Source: Octopus vulgaris (Eukaryota). From it: 64,000 bases of DNA. The stretch spans positions 100,502,001 through 100,566,000 of the forward strand of contig OX597819.1 of assembly GCA_951406725.2 (NCBI GenBank), given 5' to 3'. The notes beneath the pieces were generated by a model that saw nothing but the letters and a program-made list of their open reading frames with translations, did no database searches and was not told where the DNA came from. Positions 41,907-56,750 of the stretch are shown here, piece by piece. Within the stretch, counting starts at the first letter, position 1. Each line of letters begins with the position of its first letter. The translations under genes and the position numbers were made by a program.

Positions 41907-42189
41907 CAGGCCTGGCCAACTCGAATTACATTGTGGGCCACTTTAATAACAGAAAGTTTTTTGGGAGCCGTTTGTGTATTGAAAGCATTTTGCTTACTTA
42001 TGCTATTATTACAATAATGAATGAATGAATGATCGTTGATTCAACGTGAAATATTATCATTGCAAAAACAGTAGTATCTTTCACTTTTACTTTCCATTGC
42101 AATCTTTAATTTTTTCATAAATAAACCCATTTCAAGAAAGTATAAAGCGGGCTGCATGCGGCCCGCGGGACTCGGGTTGGCCAGCCCTG
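41907..42189. mobile_element. hAT-superfamily MITE
   Basis: TIRs CAGGCCTGGCCAAC / GTTGGCCAGCCCTG; perfect 8-bp TSD CTTTAATT (41899-41906, 42190-42197); GCGGCCCGCGG subterminal motif. Confidence 0.92.
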
Positions 42190-42437
42190 CTTTAATTACT
42201 TAAAATCATGTCGGATGAACAACTCGTTTGATTACTTAAATAATCTCTGTTGATTTCAATAGTTTATTGTATTTGAAATCTCTAAGGTCACTCATCGCAT
42301 ATACGTAACTAAAGGTATTAGTATTTAATATGCAAACCTGAGGTCTCTTCCAACAATAATATTGCTGATATACGCAATTTGCGTCCCAACAAGTCCCCTA
42401 CTCAATGCTTGCCTTTATCCCTCTCTCTCTCTCTCTC

Positions 42438-42469
<32 letters not shown>

Positions 42470-42603
42470 CATACATATATATATCTATATATATGTATAT
42501 ATATGTGTATATATATGTATATATGTATGTATATATGTATATATGTATATATGTATGTATATATGTATATATATATGTATATATATATATGAATATATGT
42601 ATA

Positions 42604-42646
<43 letters not shown>

Positions 42647-42711
42647 ATATATATATATACATATATATGTATATATATATATATATATTATATATATATA
42701 TATATACATAC

Positions 42712-42818
<107 letters not shown>

Positions 42819-42835
42819 GCACATATAAATATACA

Positions 42836-43030
42836 TATCACCGTGACCGACCAGGCTGTCAGATATTGCTACACATCGCTGGTCACAATGCGCTTCAATT
42901 GTTTTAACCTTCAAATGACGCCACCCCACTGTCTAAGTGAGCAGAGCAACAGAAGAAAGTGTACAGCAGGTATCGCCACCACTCCCTGCCGGAACTTCGT
43001 GGAGCATTAGGTACTTTCATTCAATAAACA
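42836..43030 (-). mobile_element. SINE 3' portion
   Basis: The reverse complement matches the 3' end of 970-1238. Confidence 0.6.
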
Positions 43031-43056
43031 TATATATATATCAATCTATATATATA

Positions 43057-43590
43057 CCGCCACACGGCAGAAAACATTTCGAGAATTGAATCACTCCGGA
43101 GAGCATTTACGACAAAAATTAAGGGCATATCTTATCTCAGTTACTGGGACCGCCTTGAAGCATTGAAGCTCTATTCTCTCCAGCACCGCTATGACCGATA
43201 TATCATTTGCACAACGTGGAGAATATACAACCTACATTGCCCAAACAACCTCAAGATTTGTTTCAGAATTCTCCCAAGGCTAGTATCATTTGCAATATAC
43301 CCCTACCGAATTCAGGATCGCAACACATAAATTCATTGCGACTCAATTCATTTTCGTCCCAAGACAAATCGGGAAAATAATCTTTTCATTTTTAAATGGA
43401 ATTTGCACAAATTTCTTAGAGGAATACCAGATAAGCCACGTATACCTGGATACAACTCACTCAATAAGAACTTCCTACTTGAATGATACCACAAGACTTG
43501 TCTTAAAAAGGATTTAGCAAATCCTATCAGGAGGTGCTATTAAGTTAGACATGGCCTGGGTCAATCTTTAATGTCGAAATATATCTAAAT
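43057..43590 (+). mobile_element. CR1-like LINE 3' remnant
   Basis: From 43061: HTAENISRIESLRRAFTTKIKGISYLSYWDRLEALKLYSLQHRYDRYIICTTWRI, a typical post-RT region of CR1-clade ORF2. Confidence 0.85.
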
Positions 43591-43625
43591 TATCTAAATA
43601 TATAGACGCACACACACACACACAC

Positions 43626-43701
<76 letters not shown>

Positions 43702-43707
43702 TATATA

Positions 43708-43895
43708 GATCGCCATGATAGATCGTTTGCCACTACACACATTCTTTTCTCTCCTTGTTTTTTCTGTGTATCTTTCTGTAGAAGAGCGTAGGCTCGAAAC
43801 GTAAAATACATTTTCTATTCCTGGGCGTTATACTAATACATCTGTTTGTTTTTTACACCACCTGTCTTCGTCTTTTGTTTTTTTCGTAAACTTTT

Positions 43896-43898
<3 letters not shown>
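43708..43898 (+). mobile_element. HHR-bearing element in (TA)n (CTGTNGA subfamily)
   Basis: 43771-43808: TCTTT CTGTAGA A GAGC-GTAG-GCTC GAAAC GTA AAATA. Confidence 0.8.
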
Positions 43899-43962
<64 letters not shown>

Positions 43963-44263
43963 TAAAGAGATCTAGCCAGACAAAGAAATATCAGTCAGTC
44001 GCTCGGCTTGGTTATAAACACGAAATCACCATTTCCGAAATTGTTGAAAAACTTCGATCATTTGTTATTATCGGAGTTATCTTCCCTTAATATGGGAAAC
44101 AACAAAATGGACTCATAGGCTCCAAATAAAAGCGATGTATGTGGTTAAGAATTATAAAACATTTAGTAGATACTCCATTTGATTTTCTTTTCTGTAGATT
44201 TACATAACCACACTTCTGTTTGCGTACAGCATAAACACATGCATTATGGGACTGAGTACCCTG

Positions 44264-44313
<50 letters not shown>

Positions 44314-44635
44314 GCACGCATACATACACACACGCACGCACACACACTAACACACGCACATGTTTGCTACAACACCACATTCAAACATTTAATAAGTAAA
44401 TACATTATCACAAATATAAACATAGGTTCACCTACAAATATATACACACAGGCATTCATTTAACACGAAGCCACATTCACAAAATACCGGTACTGCTTTC
44501 ATCTACCCAAAACTGTTATGCGTAAAGACATACACCTTTCCATAAATGCATACAGAATATAGATGCATAGACGTATACATACACCATATGCAATATATAA
44601 ACACAGACTGGCGGACAGAAGGTATAAATGTATAC

Positions 44636-44723
<88 letters not shown>

Positions 44724-44831
44724 ACATTATATATATATATGTATATATACATATATATATCTACATTTGTACTTACATATATATGTATATATATATATAT
44801 ATATATATACATTTATACATATATGTATATA

Positions 44832-44887
<56 letters not shown>

Positions 44888-44901
44888 CATACATACATAC
44901 A

Positions 44902-44937
<36 letters not shown>

Positions 44938-45766
44938 TGCACATACATAAGACAAACATGAATTTTGAAAACCCACAAACCTGAACACATAAGTGAAAAC
45001 ATATTCAACCATTGCTACACATTTACACACATACTAACACACGTACAAATGAACAGTCAGAGAAACATACTTATTTTAGCGCCAATTATACTGACGTAAA
45101 CCATTTTCGCTATTGTAATGTTGGCCGGTAAGTCTGAAATGGAAGAGTGTGGCATTGAGATACAAGCTACATAAAATTGCATCAGGTAAGCTGTCGACTG
45201 TGACTACGTTTCGTGGACTGTGATGACCACTTGACCAATCTGCAAGCATTAAGGAAGCGTTGGGAGCATCAGGGAGGTAGGAAGGTAAGGGCAGGAAAAG
45301 TGCTAAGAATACGGTTAAATGGAAGCTGAGAACAGAATGGAGAGTTTTGGAATATGGAACGGAAAATAGAGCAAATACTTAAGTGAATGGACTGGTGGAG
45401 AAGTGGACGGACGGACGGAAGGTTGGAGGGACAGAAGGACGGAGAGATGGAGGTATTGGGTAGATGTATAGATGGACAGGTTCGTGGTTTGATGAACGGA
45501 TAGATGGGGAAGAGGGAGTGTTTTATGTGCGTATGTATGTACACACAACAACGCAAACACTCGTAAACGCATAAACATTCGTCGCTAGACGTGCATATGG
45601 ACATACAGACAGATTGGTCAAACGAATATATAATAGCTGGATAGGTAGATCGATAGATATGCAGATATGGAGGTAGACAGGTAGATTAGTAGGCGAAGAG
45701 GTAGATATGTAGATAGACAGACAATCAGTTACACAGGCTGACATACTGACAGACAGACAGTGAGAC

Positions 45767-45830
<64 letters not shown>

Positions 45831-46085
45831 TGATAGATAGATTGACAGAAAGACAGGAAGACAGACAGACAAAAAGACAGACAGACACAGAGAGAGAAAG
45901 ATAGACACATGGATAGGTGGATAGTGGGATGAGTGGATGGATGCAAGGTTGGATCGATTTAGGTATAGGTGGGTTAGTTGCTAATTGATGAGAGAAATAT
46001 AGTGCAGAGACCGGAAATGAATCTAAAACTAGAAGAATTTGTGTATGTGTAGGGCAAAAGAAAAGCAAAAGAGAGATAGAGAGAT

Positions 46086-46146
<61 letters not shown>

Positions 46147-46504
46147 AACGAAGAAAGAGACAGATAGAAATCACACTATATATAATCATCTAAAAAACAG
46201 ATGGCACATGACCTAACCAAGTACAAGTATTACGTCATGTATGGAGACGAATGTTTCGAAAGAAATCAGTAAATGGACAACTTATTTCATTGTTATTAAT
46301 GTGCGTGTGCATGTATACACGATTCTTATGCATATATATATATATGCATAGGCAATTATGTATAAATAAATATGTATATATAAATGTATACATATGTGTA
46401 TATGCCTTTATATATGCATATATTTATGTATATATATATATTTATATGAATGATATATATGTGTCGCACACACACACACACATATATACGTGTGTGTGTG
46501 TGTG

Positions 46505-46562
<58 letters not shown>

Positions 46563-46563
<1 letters not shown>

Positions 46564-47800
46564 TAGGTTGTCTAGGAAGTTCTTGCGGTTTTTAACCTTT
46601 AAATTCAGATGCACATATCTCGGCTCATTCAAAACTTTATTAATCGAAATAAACATCATCAAAATCACCACACTGTAGCCAACGCGAAACAAGTTTATTT
46701 ACGCCAATAGCGTAAAAAGCCTGCGTTCTGGGGTCGATGAAGCCGTTGAAGGCGTATTTGGCATCGTCTTGTTTTTTGAAGCATTTCTCATGCAGGATGT
46801 TGTGGAGATGCTTGAAAAAGTGGTAGACTGTAGGTGAAAGGTTAGGTGAGTATGGTGGATGAGGTAGACTTTCGTAGCCCAATTCGTTCAACTTCTGCAG
46901 GGTCAGTTGTGTGACGTGCAGCCAAGCGTTGTCGTGGAGAAGAGTTGGTCCTTCTCTATCGACCAATGCTGGCTGTTGTTGGAGTTTCTTATGCATTTCA
47001 TCAATTTGCTGACAGTACTTCTCCGCCGTAATGGTTTCGCCTAGATTCAAAAAGCTATGATGGATGAGACCGGCCGCAGACCACCAAACAGTCACCATGA
47101 CCTTCTTTTGATACAACTGTGGCGTCGGGAAGTGCCGCGGAGCTTCGACGGCGTCCAACCACTGAACTGAGCGTCGCCGGTTATCGTAAAGAATCCATTT
47201 TTCCTAGCAAGTCACAATCCGGTCGAGAAACGGACCGTTCTTGTTGCGTAATGGAAGGGATGACGACACTTCAAAAAACGGTGCTTTTTTTTTGGTTGTC
47301 GTTCAATTCATGCGGCACCCATTTCTTAACTATTTTCATTTTTCCAGTCTCTTTCAAGTGGTTGGAAATTGTCGTACACGTTACGTCTAATTCAGTAGCC
47401 AGCTCTTGAATAGTTGTGCGTGGATTGGCTTCGACTAAGACTCATAGTTCATCGTTGTCAACATCCGATGGCCGATCACTACGCTTATCATCTTCAAGAC
47501 TCTAGTCACCGCTACGAAATTTCTTGAACTACCATTGTGTTGTACGTTCATTAGTGGTTCCTGGGCCAAACGCATCGTTGATATCGCGAGCTGATTCAGC
47601 AGCCTTTCGGCCTAGCTTGAACTGGGATGAGAAAATTGTGCTAATTTGCTTTTTGTCCATGTTGTATTCAACATTCCGGAAAAAAATGGCCTATTTTCCG
47701 TCTCTACCATTTGTCATATACACAATATTACACTGAGGAATTCCAGAGATAGATCCAGTGAGAATTGTCTAAATACGTGGATGACGGGTAGCTATAAGCA
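46563..47800 (-). pseudogene. Near full-length mariner transposase pseudogene (Hsmar1/cecropia-like), coding remnant 47660->46640
   Basis: MDKKQISTIFSSQFKLGRKAAESARDINDAFGPGTTNERTTQW*FKKF…, KWVPHEL, LLHDNA, HPPYSPNLSPTVYHFF; one TIR TTAGGTTGTCTAGGAAGTT at 46563; stops and frameshifts. Confidence 0.93.
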
Positions 47801-48856
47801 GTGAACGTACTTTATTTTCTGACGACTACGAACATACCCAAAACTTAAATTTTTACTTATGCATACATACATACATACATACATACATACATACATACAT
47901 ACATACATACATTAGAACCTAAAGGCAAAATTAATAGAGGTCACAAAAATGGCAGAAATAACTCAAAGCCACGAAAGCATTGATGCTTAATGACTGATAA
48001 AAGAAGCGTACATAGCCGGATCGCGATATCGAATTTTGATTTAGATCGTCTTAATCCTCACCATCGGCTCTTAACGCCTAGGGTTAAACTCAACCACATC
48101 TGTCAGTATACACACGCTCACACGCAGACACGCACACACACGACCACACACAAACACACACACACGTGCATATCCCATACATCATCCATCGGCTAATCTC
48201 TTAGAAATACCAAAATCATACATAGAATCTTAAAAGGAATTGTATAGAAAATACTAGACGATAGAGTCTTTACGTATAGACGGAAATGTCACGGTGGGAA
48301 GAAGTTTGAGTAAATCTCTGCACGTTTAGTTTTGACCTACAACGAACAACACTGAAATAATCGTCCTTTTGCATTCTTCTCTTCCTGATTTTCTTACTTA
48401 TCATCCTTATCTTAATGTTCATTTTCTTTTCTGCTTTCTTCAATATCATCAACATCAACACGAGTATACAAGGCACCACTTTATGAAACCTGCATCACAT
48501 CCATACCGTTAATTCTAGAGTTAATCCTAGGTTTCTAACGAAAAACAGCAATCAACATAGTACGAGTTTAATTGCATACGCACACATGCATGCTTAAATA
48601 CATATACATGCATATATGTTCATATATATATATATATATATATACTACACACGCAGACACACACACAGGCAGACACACACACATACACACACGAAACAAT
48701 TGTGCAAGTTAAATTTCAGTGTGTTTGCACAGAGCGATGCATGTGAATCTCTCACTCTCTTTCCTCTCTGTCTGTTTGTATGTCTGTCTGTCTCCCTCGC
48801 TCTCTGTCTCTGTACCTCTCTTATTCACTATCTATCTATCTGTCTATCTATCTATA

Positions 48857-48938
<82 letters not shown>

Positions 48939-48971
48939 GCTAGCTAGCTATCAAGCTATCTATCTAGCTAG

Positions 48972-49017
<46 letters not shown>

Positions 49018-49754
49018 GTCATTGTTATTTTCCTTTCTGTCTTTCACTGTATCCTCCTTTATTACTCTTCATCAGTCATGTATATGCGACCTAACTCATC
49101 GACACAATCACACGCATATACGCATACAAGCACACACAAAGCACGCACAGAAATACAATCATGCACATGCACATACACACACACTTGTACACACACGCAC
49201 ACACGCACACACACACTCACAAACATACTCACATGCACGCACACACACACACACACACTCATCTACTCACACATACACACATAACACTCTCGCACACTCA
49301 TACAAAGCCATGCTTGCTTACAAACTTACACACTATATATGTCAGCGTAATTCATGTATGGATGTGGGCATAAATTCAGTGTATGTGTGATGGAAACTCT
49401 CATAGTAAATAATAACGGCAAAATATTTGCAGGGTAGCACGACCAGATTTGGAAGTGTTTGTGCAAGCATATTAAAATTTAAAATCATGTCAATAAGCAG
49501 ATATTGGGGCTTTTCTGTTTTAATATTTACACAGCAATCTGACCCTGTAGCCACCATTGCAAAGTATGCGTAATATTTTCATTAAGACAGCACGAAAATG
49601 GGGCGCCATTCTCATGAAAACATACGTTACTCTCTTTGAAATCTGCATTGGGTTTTCGTTATTTGCCAAGTTGAAATGGCACAAGGAATGGAAAATTAGC
49701 TGGACAACGATGAGCAGGTTTGATGACGAAGATGACGAGTAAAGGTAATAATAA

Positions 49755-49861
49755 TGTTGCTGCTGCTGCTGCTGCTGTTGTTGTTGTTGTTGCTGTTGCT
49801 GCTACTACGACTGCCGGTACTGCTGACACTACTACTAACCATCACCACCACCTCACCACGA

Positions 49862-49937
<76 letters not shown>

Positions 49938-50142
49938 ACCACAACTAATCCTCCACCCCTCCACCACTAATGCCGCCGCTGCCACTGCCACCGCCACTGC
50001 CACTGCCACCGCCACTGCCACTGCCACCGCCACTGCCACTGCCAGCGGCACTGCCACTGCCACCGCCGCCACCGCCACTGCCACGACCACCGCCACTGCC
50101 ACGACCACCGCTGCCACGACCACGACCACGACCACCACCACC

Positions 50143-50182
<40 letters not shown>
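49755..50182. repeat. Compound tri/hexanucleotide tract (GCT, GTT, ACT, GCCACT, ACC)
   Basis: Direct inspection. Confidence 0.9.
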
Positions 50183-50605
50183 TTCCACAGTTACATCTAC
50201 TACGCCACAGTTATATTGATCTGGGAAGCAAATCCCAAATATTTGTGTTACTATAACTATAAACTGGTTGGTTTAGTCAAATGTGAAATTAGTCATCGCC
50301 AAAACTTGATTGAGACATTTTACCATCGTGTTTGGGGAGCAACGGCAGATATTAAATCCTAAACAGATTTCAGTGCAAGGGATATGATGTTCTATTTGCT
50401 GAATAGCAGCTCCTTTCAACACTGGTCCAGTAGACCTACGATCGAAATTAATTCCAGCTAAGACCATCCAAGGTAGTCTATGTAGGACTACATTTGCGAC
50501 GGATTGGTATCAATTCATCGGGGAATATAGTAATATCAGTGATTCATATGCCATGGATACGGGTTTCAGCTCCGGCACTCTGAAACCTAGGGCCCAAGAT
50601 ATTTT

Positions 50606-50707
50606 TAACCTGATGAGTGGCTATATTTATATCGAAGTGATTTTACTACTACTAATTTTTTTTACTATAATCATTTCTAAAATATAGCCACGAAGCATGT
50701 GTCGTTA
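50606..50707 (+). ncRNA. Type I hammerhead ribozyme motif with greatly extended stem II
   Basis: TAAC CTGATGA GTGGCTATATTT…AAATATAGCCAC GAAGC ATGT GTC GTTA: stem I TAAC/GTTA, 12-bp perfect stem II plus an inner GAAGTGATT/AATCATTTC helix, GUC triplet; A15.1->G. Confidence 0.8.
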
Positions 50708-50969
50708 TTCTACCAATTATATACGTTTTTATTATGTTTTTGTAATTTACTTAATCATCGGTATATTATTGTTATTTTAATTTAAATATTTCTATTATAT
50801 GTAATTTTCTAGATGGTGTAATTTAATTGTTCATTTTGAATTGATAAAAGGTGGGTTTTTTTCTAAATTTTATACATATATATATACTATATTGTGTTAA
50901 ATTTGATTTAGTATTTCTAAATTGAATTTTTCCCTGTAAGTTAGGATTAATATTCCCTCAAATAATTAT

Positions 50970-51009
<40 letters not shown>

Positions 51010-51071
51010 TGTGTGTGTGTATGTATGTGTGTGTGTGTGTATGTGTGTGTATGTGTGTGTGTGAGTGTATA

Positions 51072-51305
51072 CATGGTGGCAATAAAGTCACTATGCAGTT
51101 ACTTATATGAAGAAGAAAAAAAAACGGAAGCTTGCTGTTTGAACTGTATCGATAATTAATTTACTATTGTTTACCATAGCATTTTTTTGTTATTAATCAG
51201 AATTAACCAGAACCATTTTAATAATAAATTTCTGGGACTGTTGATTAATTGCTTTATCTTAATTGTTATTTTAAGTAACTGCATAGTGACTTTATGACCA
51301 CCGTG
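51072..51305. mobile_element. Tc1/mariner-type MITE
   Basis: ~34-bp TIRs CATGGTGGCAATAAAGTCACTATGCAGTTACTTA / TAAGTAACTGCATAGTGACTTTATGACCACCGTG, TA flanks. Confidence 0.9.
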
Positions 51306-51319
51306 TATATATGATATAC

Positions 51320-51685
51320 AAGAAGGGTGTCAGTTCAATTCCCGGCGGCGCGTTGTGTCCTGGAAAAAGACATTTGTTTCTCGTTTCTCCAGTTCGTTCA
51401 ACAGACAAAAATTTTGTTGTACCTGTAATTCACAAGTTCAACCTCTTTGCACTATGACACAATTAATTTCTCGGGGAAAGTTAAGGTTACCTGCCTCTGC
51501 GGAGTGTTCAGCATGTTAATTTCACAAGTAAGCTCTTCTATTGATCATATCAATCGGTACACTCGTCGTCGTAAACCGACTGTGGGGCAGGCCATGGCCG
51601 GCAACGTATTTTTCTGCAATGCATGGGTAATTCATCCTGATCAAGCTATTTATTAGCATTATCACGCGTTTGAGAATAAAAAAAA
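51320..51685 (+). mobile_element. Diverged tRNA-derived SINE
   Basis: B-box-like AGTTCAATTCC, GCGTTGTGTCCTGG CORE-like segment, A-rich end. Confidence 0.5.
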
Positions 51686-52447
51686 TTATTTCTGTATCTT
51701 TTAATACATCTCAACGCTTCTAAAACAAACCTTGTTTGCTTTCATCGTAAATTGAATATATAATAATGTAAATATTTTGGATATTACATAGTTACTATCT
51801 TTTGTTTATGCGGTCATTACCTGAAGGGTAACGTGTAGGAAGAAAAGCCCTTTTAGATGCCGAGTGTTAAAGATCACTGAAGACTCAAAGCAGGGGAGAT
51901 AAGTTGCCCTCAAAACAATGAAAATCGATGTTTCTCTGCTTTCATAGCTCATTTGTATCAGACACTCAACGCACCTCAAAAGGAATTACCATCACTGGTC
52001 TGAGATATATATATGCAAATACAGTAGATTCTGTTCTGGATCATATACGAGGCGAGTTGTCCCGCCTGATTATAGCTATTTAGTGTACTTTGATACCCAC
52101 CGTCTTAAAGGGACTTGTTTCTCTGTCTGCTATCCCAAAGCTAATGAACGCATAAACAAAACGCGGATAGTATGTAAAGTCAGTAATATATGTGTGTGTG
52201 TGTGTGTGTGTATGAGTGTGTGTGTGGTGTGTATGTGTGTGTGTGTCTTTGAGTATACATATATATAGAGAGATTAAAAGATACATAGAAAGATATACGT
52301 AGACATTTATAGATGTACATCGATATATAGACACATCAGTAGATAAATGGAGAGAGAAATACGTGCACACATACATACATACATACATACATGCGTACAT
52401 ACATACATACATACATACATACATACATACATACATACATACATACA

Positions 52448-52478
<31 letters not shown>

Positions 52479-52789
52479 GTAACCGTCTCTTACAGTTTAT
52501 CTATAGATATGAACAAATTTTTAACATGGCTGCTGGCAAATTTACAACATCGAGTCTTCCTGTTATAACTTTATTAGAGAGACATCGTATTGCAAATTTC
52601 TAACGAACAGCTGACACGTTTTCTCTGTTTTAAATCCTGTTTTTATATTGCAATATTTTAGAACCATATTCCATAAATACAGAAATACAGAAATACACTC
52701 ATAAACACAGAAATACAAATACGCTTTCATCAAATACACACACACACACAGACTATATATTATATCGATCGTTCCCACTCTCCCTCTTA

Positions 52790-52905
<116 letters not shown>

Positions 52906-52950
52906 GTATGTATGTATATATATATGTATATATATATGTGTGTGTGTATA

Positions 52951-52988
<38 letters not shown>

Positions 52989-53146
52989 TATATGTATATA
53001 TATATATATGTATTCATATATGTGTATATATTTGTGTGTGTATAAATGCATATATGCATATATATATATGCATATATATGTATATATATTTCTCTATCTA
53101 TCAATCTATGTATCTATTTATGTATGCATGTATGTATCTCTCTTTC

Positions 53147-53269
<123 letters not shown>

Positions 53270-53575
53270 ATGTATACATGTTTACTCACACACCAAGTTA
53301 TTTAAATCTTTGAATATATATGTAATAGATTATTTACAAATAGCGATAGTGGATATTTTCAGAAATATTTCTTTTCTTTGATTTCATTTCATATTATTAA
53401 TTTCCTTTTCAAAGTTATTCATTCAGATAAGGAACATCTGAGGACATCTGAGCTACAGCAAAGAAAAATATTTTGGGCGCAGAATTTATATTACATATAT
53501 AAATTTACACATAACCTATTCATACAGACTTACACCACGCACATATTCTTATGTATAAATAAATATTTATATATT

Positions 53576-53636
<61 letters not shown>

Positions 53637-53894
53637 ATATTGTTATGAATATAGATTTAAATAAAAGTATTCTTGGCCACATCTGGTGAAGTTTTGCTTT
53701 TAATTTTTCCTATACTTTATGTCAAAAAATCATAAATAACTTTATAGTTAAATCTTTTTTAACACTTTCTCGATGTAATATAGAAATTATTAAAATGCAC
53801 ATGTGTATTTAGTCTCCCTCTTTTGCTTCTCTCTCTCCTTCTTTCTCCCTGTGCAGCATATATTTATATATAATTATATACTCTTTAATTTAAT

Positions 53895-54116
53895 TCTTTT
53901 ACTGGTTTCATTCATTTGGCTGCGGCCATACTGGAGCACAACCTGTAGTTGAACAAATTAACCCCAGGACTTATTCTTTGTAAGTCTCTATTTCCGAACC
54001 GCTAGGTGACGGAGATGTAAACACGCCAACGTCGGTTGTCAAGCGAAGTTGGGTGGACAAACACAGTGAAAACTAACATACATACGCACGCACGCACACA
54101 CACACACACACTCACA

Positions 54117-54164
<48 letters not shown>

Positions 54165-54332
54165 TTATATATACGTCGGACTTCTTTTTATTTCCGCCTA
54201 CCAAAACCACTCACAAGTCTTTTGTCGGCCCGAGGTAATAATAAAGGACACTTGTTCGATGTCCCACCTAGTTGGACTCAACCCGGAACCATGTGGTTAG
54301 GAAGCTTCTTATCACAAAGCCACTCCTACACT
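53895..54332 (-). mobile_element. Full-length SINE (same family as 12434-12865)
   Basis: GCGGCCATACTGGAGCAC…(CA)n…CCCGGAACCATGTGGTTAGGAAGC…AGCCACTCCTACAC. Confidence 0.85.
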
Positions 54333-54350
54333 TCAATATATACATACATG

Positions 54351-54416
<66 letters not shown>

Positions 54417-54440
54417 TGTATTTATGTTTATATGTATGTG

Positions 54441-54480
<40 letters not shown>

Positions 54481-55182
54481 TGTATGTATGTATATATGTA
54501 TGTGTATATATATATATGTATGTATATACACACATTCATGATTAACTGTGAATTCGTTACTCAGCTCGAAAGTACATGATATATGTTTGGTTGGGATTGT
54601 GCATCTTTTAAGTTATTTAAGTTATTTAAAGTGTATATGATTATAAGTTTTGTCTCTCAAATTCTAATTAGCTACAGTATAACAATTTCTAGTGCTTCCA
54701 CAACAGTATGAAATGGGCATTACTAACTGGATGTAACGTTTCACTTTCACTTTACGTGCAAGCTATATCCAAGATGAATCCAATCGGTCGAAATATTATA
54801 CAGATGGCCTCTACTCGTGTTTGGTGCTGTGTAGCAACTCCTTAAAGCCTGTGTGGATAACCAAACTCTGCGGGAAACAATTGTAATTTCAAAGGCTGTA
54901 GAAGGCTGAATTGCTTGAGGAACTAATGGCTTTGACTCCCAATCTCTTCAAGGCTTTCGTGTCATGATCTCTTGTACTGAAGAATGGAAGATTCAGTAGT
55001 GGCATTAGTTTCTGTAAAGGGGTTGTAGAAACATCCACCACTGAGGAACCACTGCAAAGCTAGAGAATGGTGTTTAAGTGCCCCAAAGTCTATAAATTTT
55101 ACTAATGAAATGTTGAAAACCTGGTTAGTAAAATTCAACAAGTTACCCCTAACAGGCATTCCCATGTGTCATGTACACACAA

Positions 55183-55216
<34 letters not shown>

Positions 55217-55256
55217 GATGTATATATATATGAATGTGCGTATGTCTCTGTGTATG

Positions 55257-55304
<48 letters not shown>

Positions 55305-56589
55305 TATAATATGTACGCACACACGTGTGTAGTTTATTTTTGCAGTCATACAAACTCATATATGTATATATATATGTGTGTATTTCTACTTATGTACGTG
55401 TGTATATTGTTACAGAATGAGTTGTGCTTATATACCATATGTAATGCACTTATGGGAATTTTCGGGTGACTTGTTTTAAAATCGCAGGATTGCGTGTCGT
55501 TACTGGCATTTGATGGCGAGGGAAACCCAGCTCTGTATATCAAACAGAACGTTATTTAGTAATTTCATACATAAAGGAAACACCAAATTGAAGTCCTATG
55601 TGTTGATTTTTAATCTTACCCTGGTTTAGTATATAACTTTTAAAAAACTACATCGTTGCATAAATGTAATCATTTTACTCATCAAATCAAGATATGCAAT
55701 GATATACATGACATCTACAATAAAGTTGTTGCAATCTGTTGTTTTTCCTTTTTGTTTTCTTTGTCCAAACATTGCACGTGTATTAGAACACGGCTCACTA
55801 GATACAAGATATGTGAACACACATTCTTGACATTGCCATATATATTCATAGATTTTGCAAATTGCAACTTCTCCTTCCAATGAATTCTTTAAATAAATTA
55901 CATTTTACTTTTTAATTTCTAAACTTCCTTTTTTTATGTTCTTTTAATTCTTATTGTTTATATTTTTCTTGTGTGTTTCGCTGTTTTTGACATTATTTAT
56001 GTTGTCGTATATGTTGTTGTTGTCGATAGTCATGATAAAATAATTATTGTCTTTCCCTGATTGTTGTCTTCGACCTCACATGATCTTCGTTGCTGAATAT
56101 ATTGTATTTTTCAGTAAAAAATAAAAGTATATATTTCTCACACTATCAGAATCATATCATTCACCAGCACCACTACCGTCCTCGCCTGCTATCACCGAAG
56201 AAGCCAAGTCCGATAACTATGTCACAAACATAATATCTTTAATCTCGAACTTCACAATCTTTACCACCTACCAATCCAATCCAATCCCAACATTAACCAC
56301 CACCACCACCACAATAAGATCAATTGAATCTTCATTGAAATTTCTAACATTGTTATCAATCATACGAAGTTTGTAATTACCTTCCATACTGCCGACACCG
56401 CGTATATCTTTATCAAGAATAATAATCAATACCATCTACAGTATAATTTGAACCACGACCAACATACTCAGAAAGTACAAGAAACACTTAGAAATATGTA
56501 AATCAACAACCACTGCTAAAATAACCGGATTAACATTATGAACAGCGATACCGTCATCTCTAAGATAATCACATAAAATAAGTCTCATA

Positions 56590-56750
56590 CTTGGAAAGAA
56601 GAGGTTAGTAGATTGAGTCGACTCCAGCACTATATTCAGTCTTTACTTTATCTATCCTGAAAAGATAAAAGCAAAGTTGATCTTAGTGGTATTTAAACTC
56701 AGAATGTGAAGAGCCGGATCAAATACTACAGAGCAATTTGTTTACCGACG
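56590..56750 (-). mobile_element. Diverged SINE (36811 family)
   Basis: GTCGACTCCAGCAC…TACTTTATCTATCCTGAAAAGATAAAAGCAAAGTTGA…AACTCAGAATGT. Confidence 0.55.

Noticed and set aside
45202-45240. Minus-strand GTGG…CCAC GAAAC GTA resembling the 3' half of an HHR
   Set aside because: The upstream box TTGGTCA has three mismatches to CTGANGA, and stem I is unsupported.
51876-51930. CTGAAGA…CCCTC AAAAC as a decayed HHR
   Set aside because: There is a long unpaired segment after the first box, GAAA is absent and there is no stem I.
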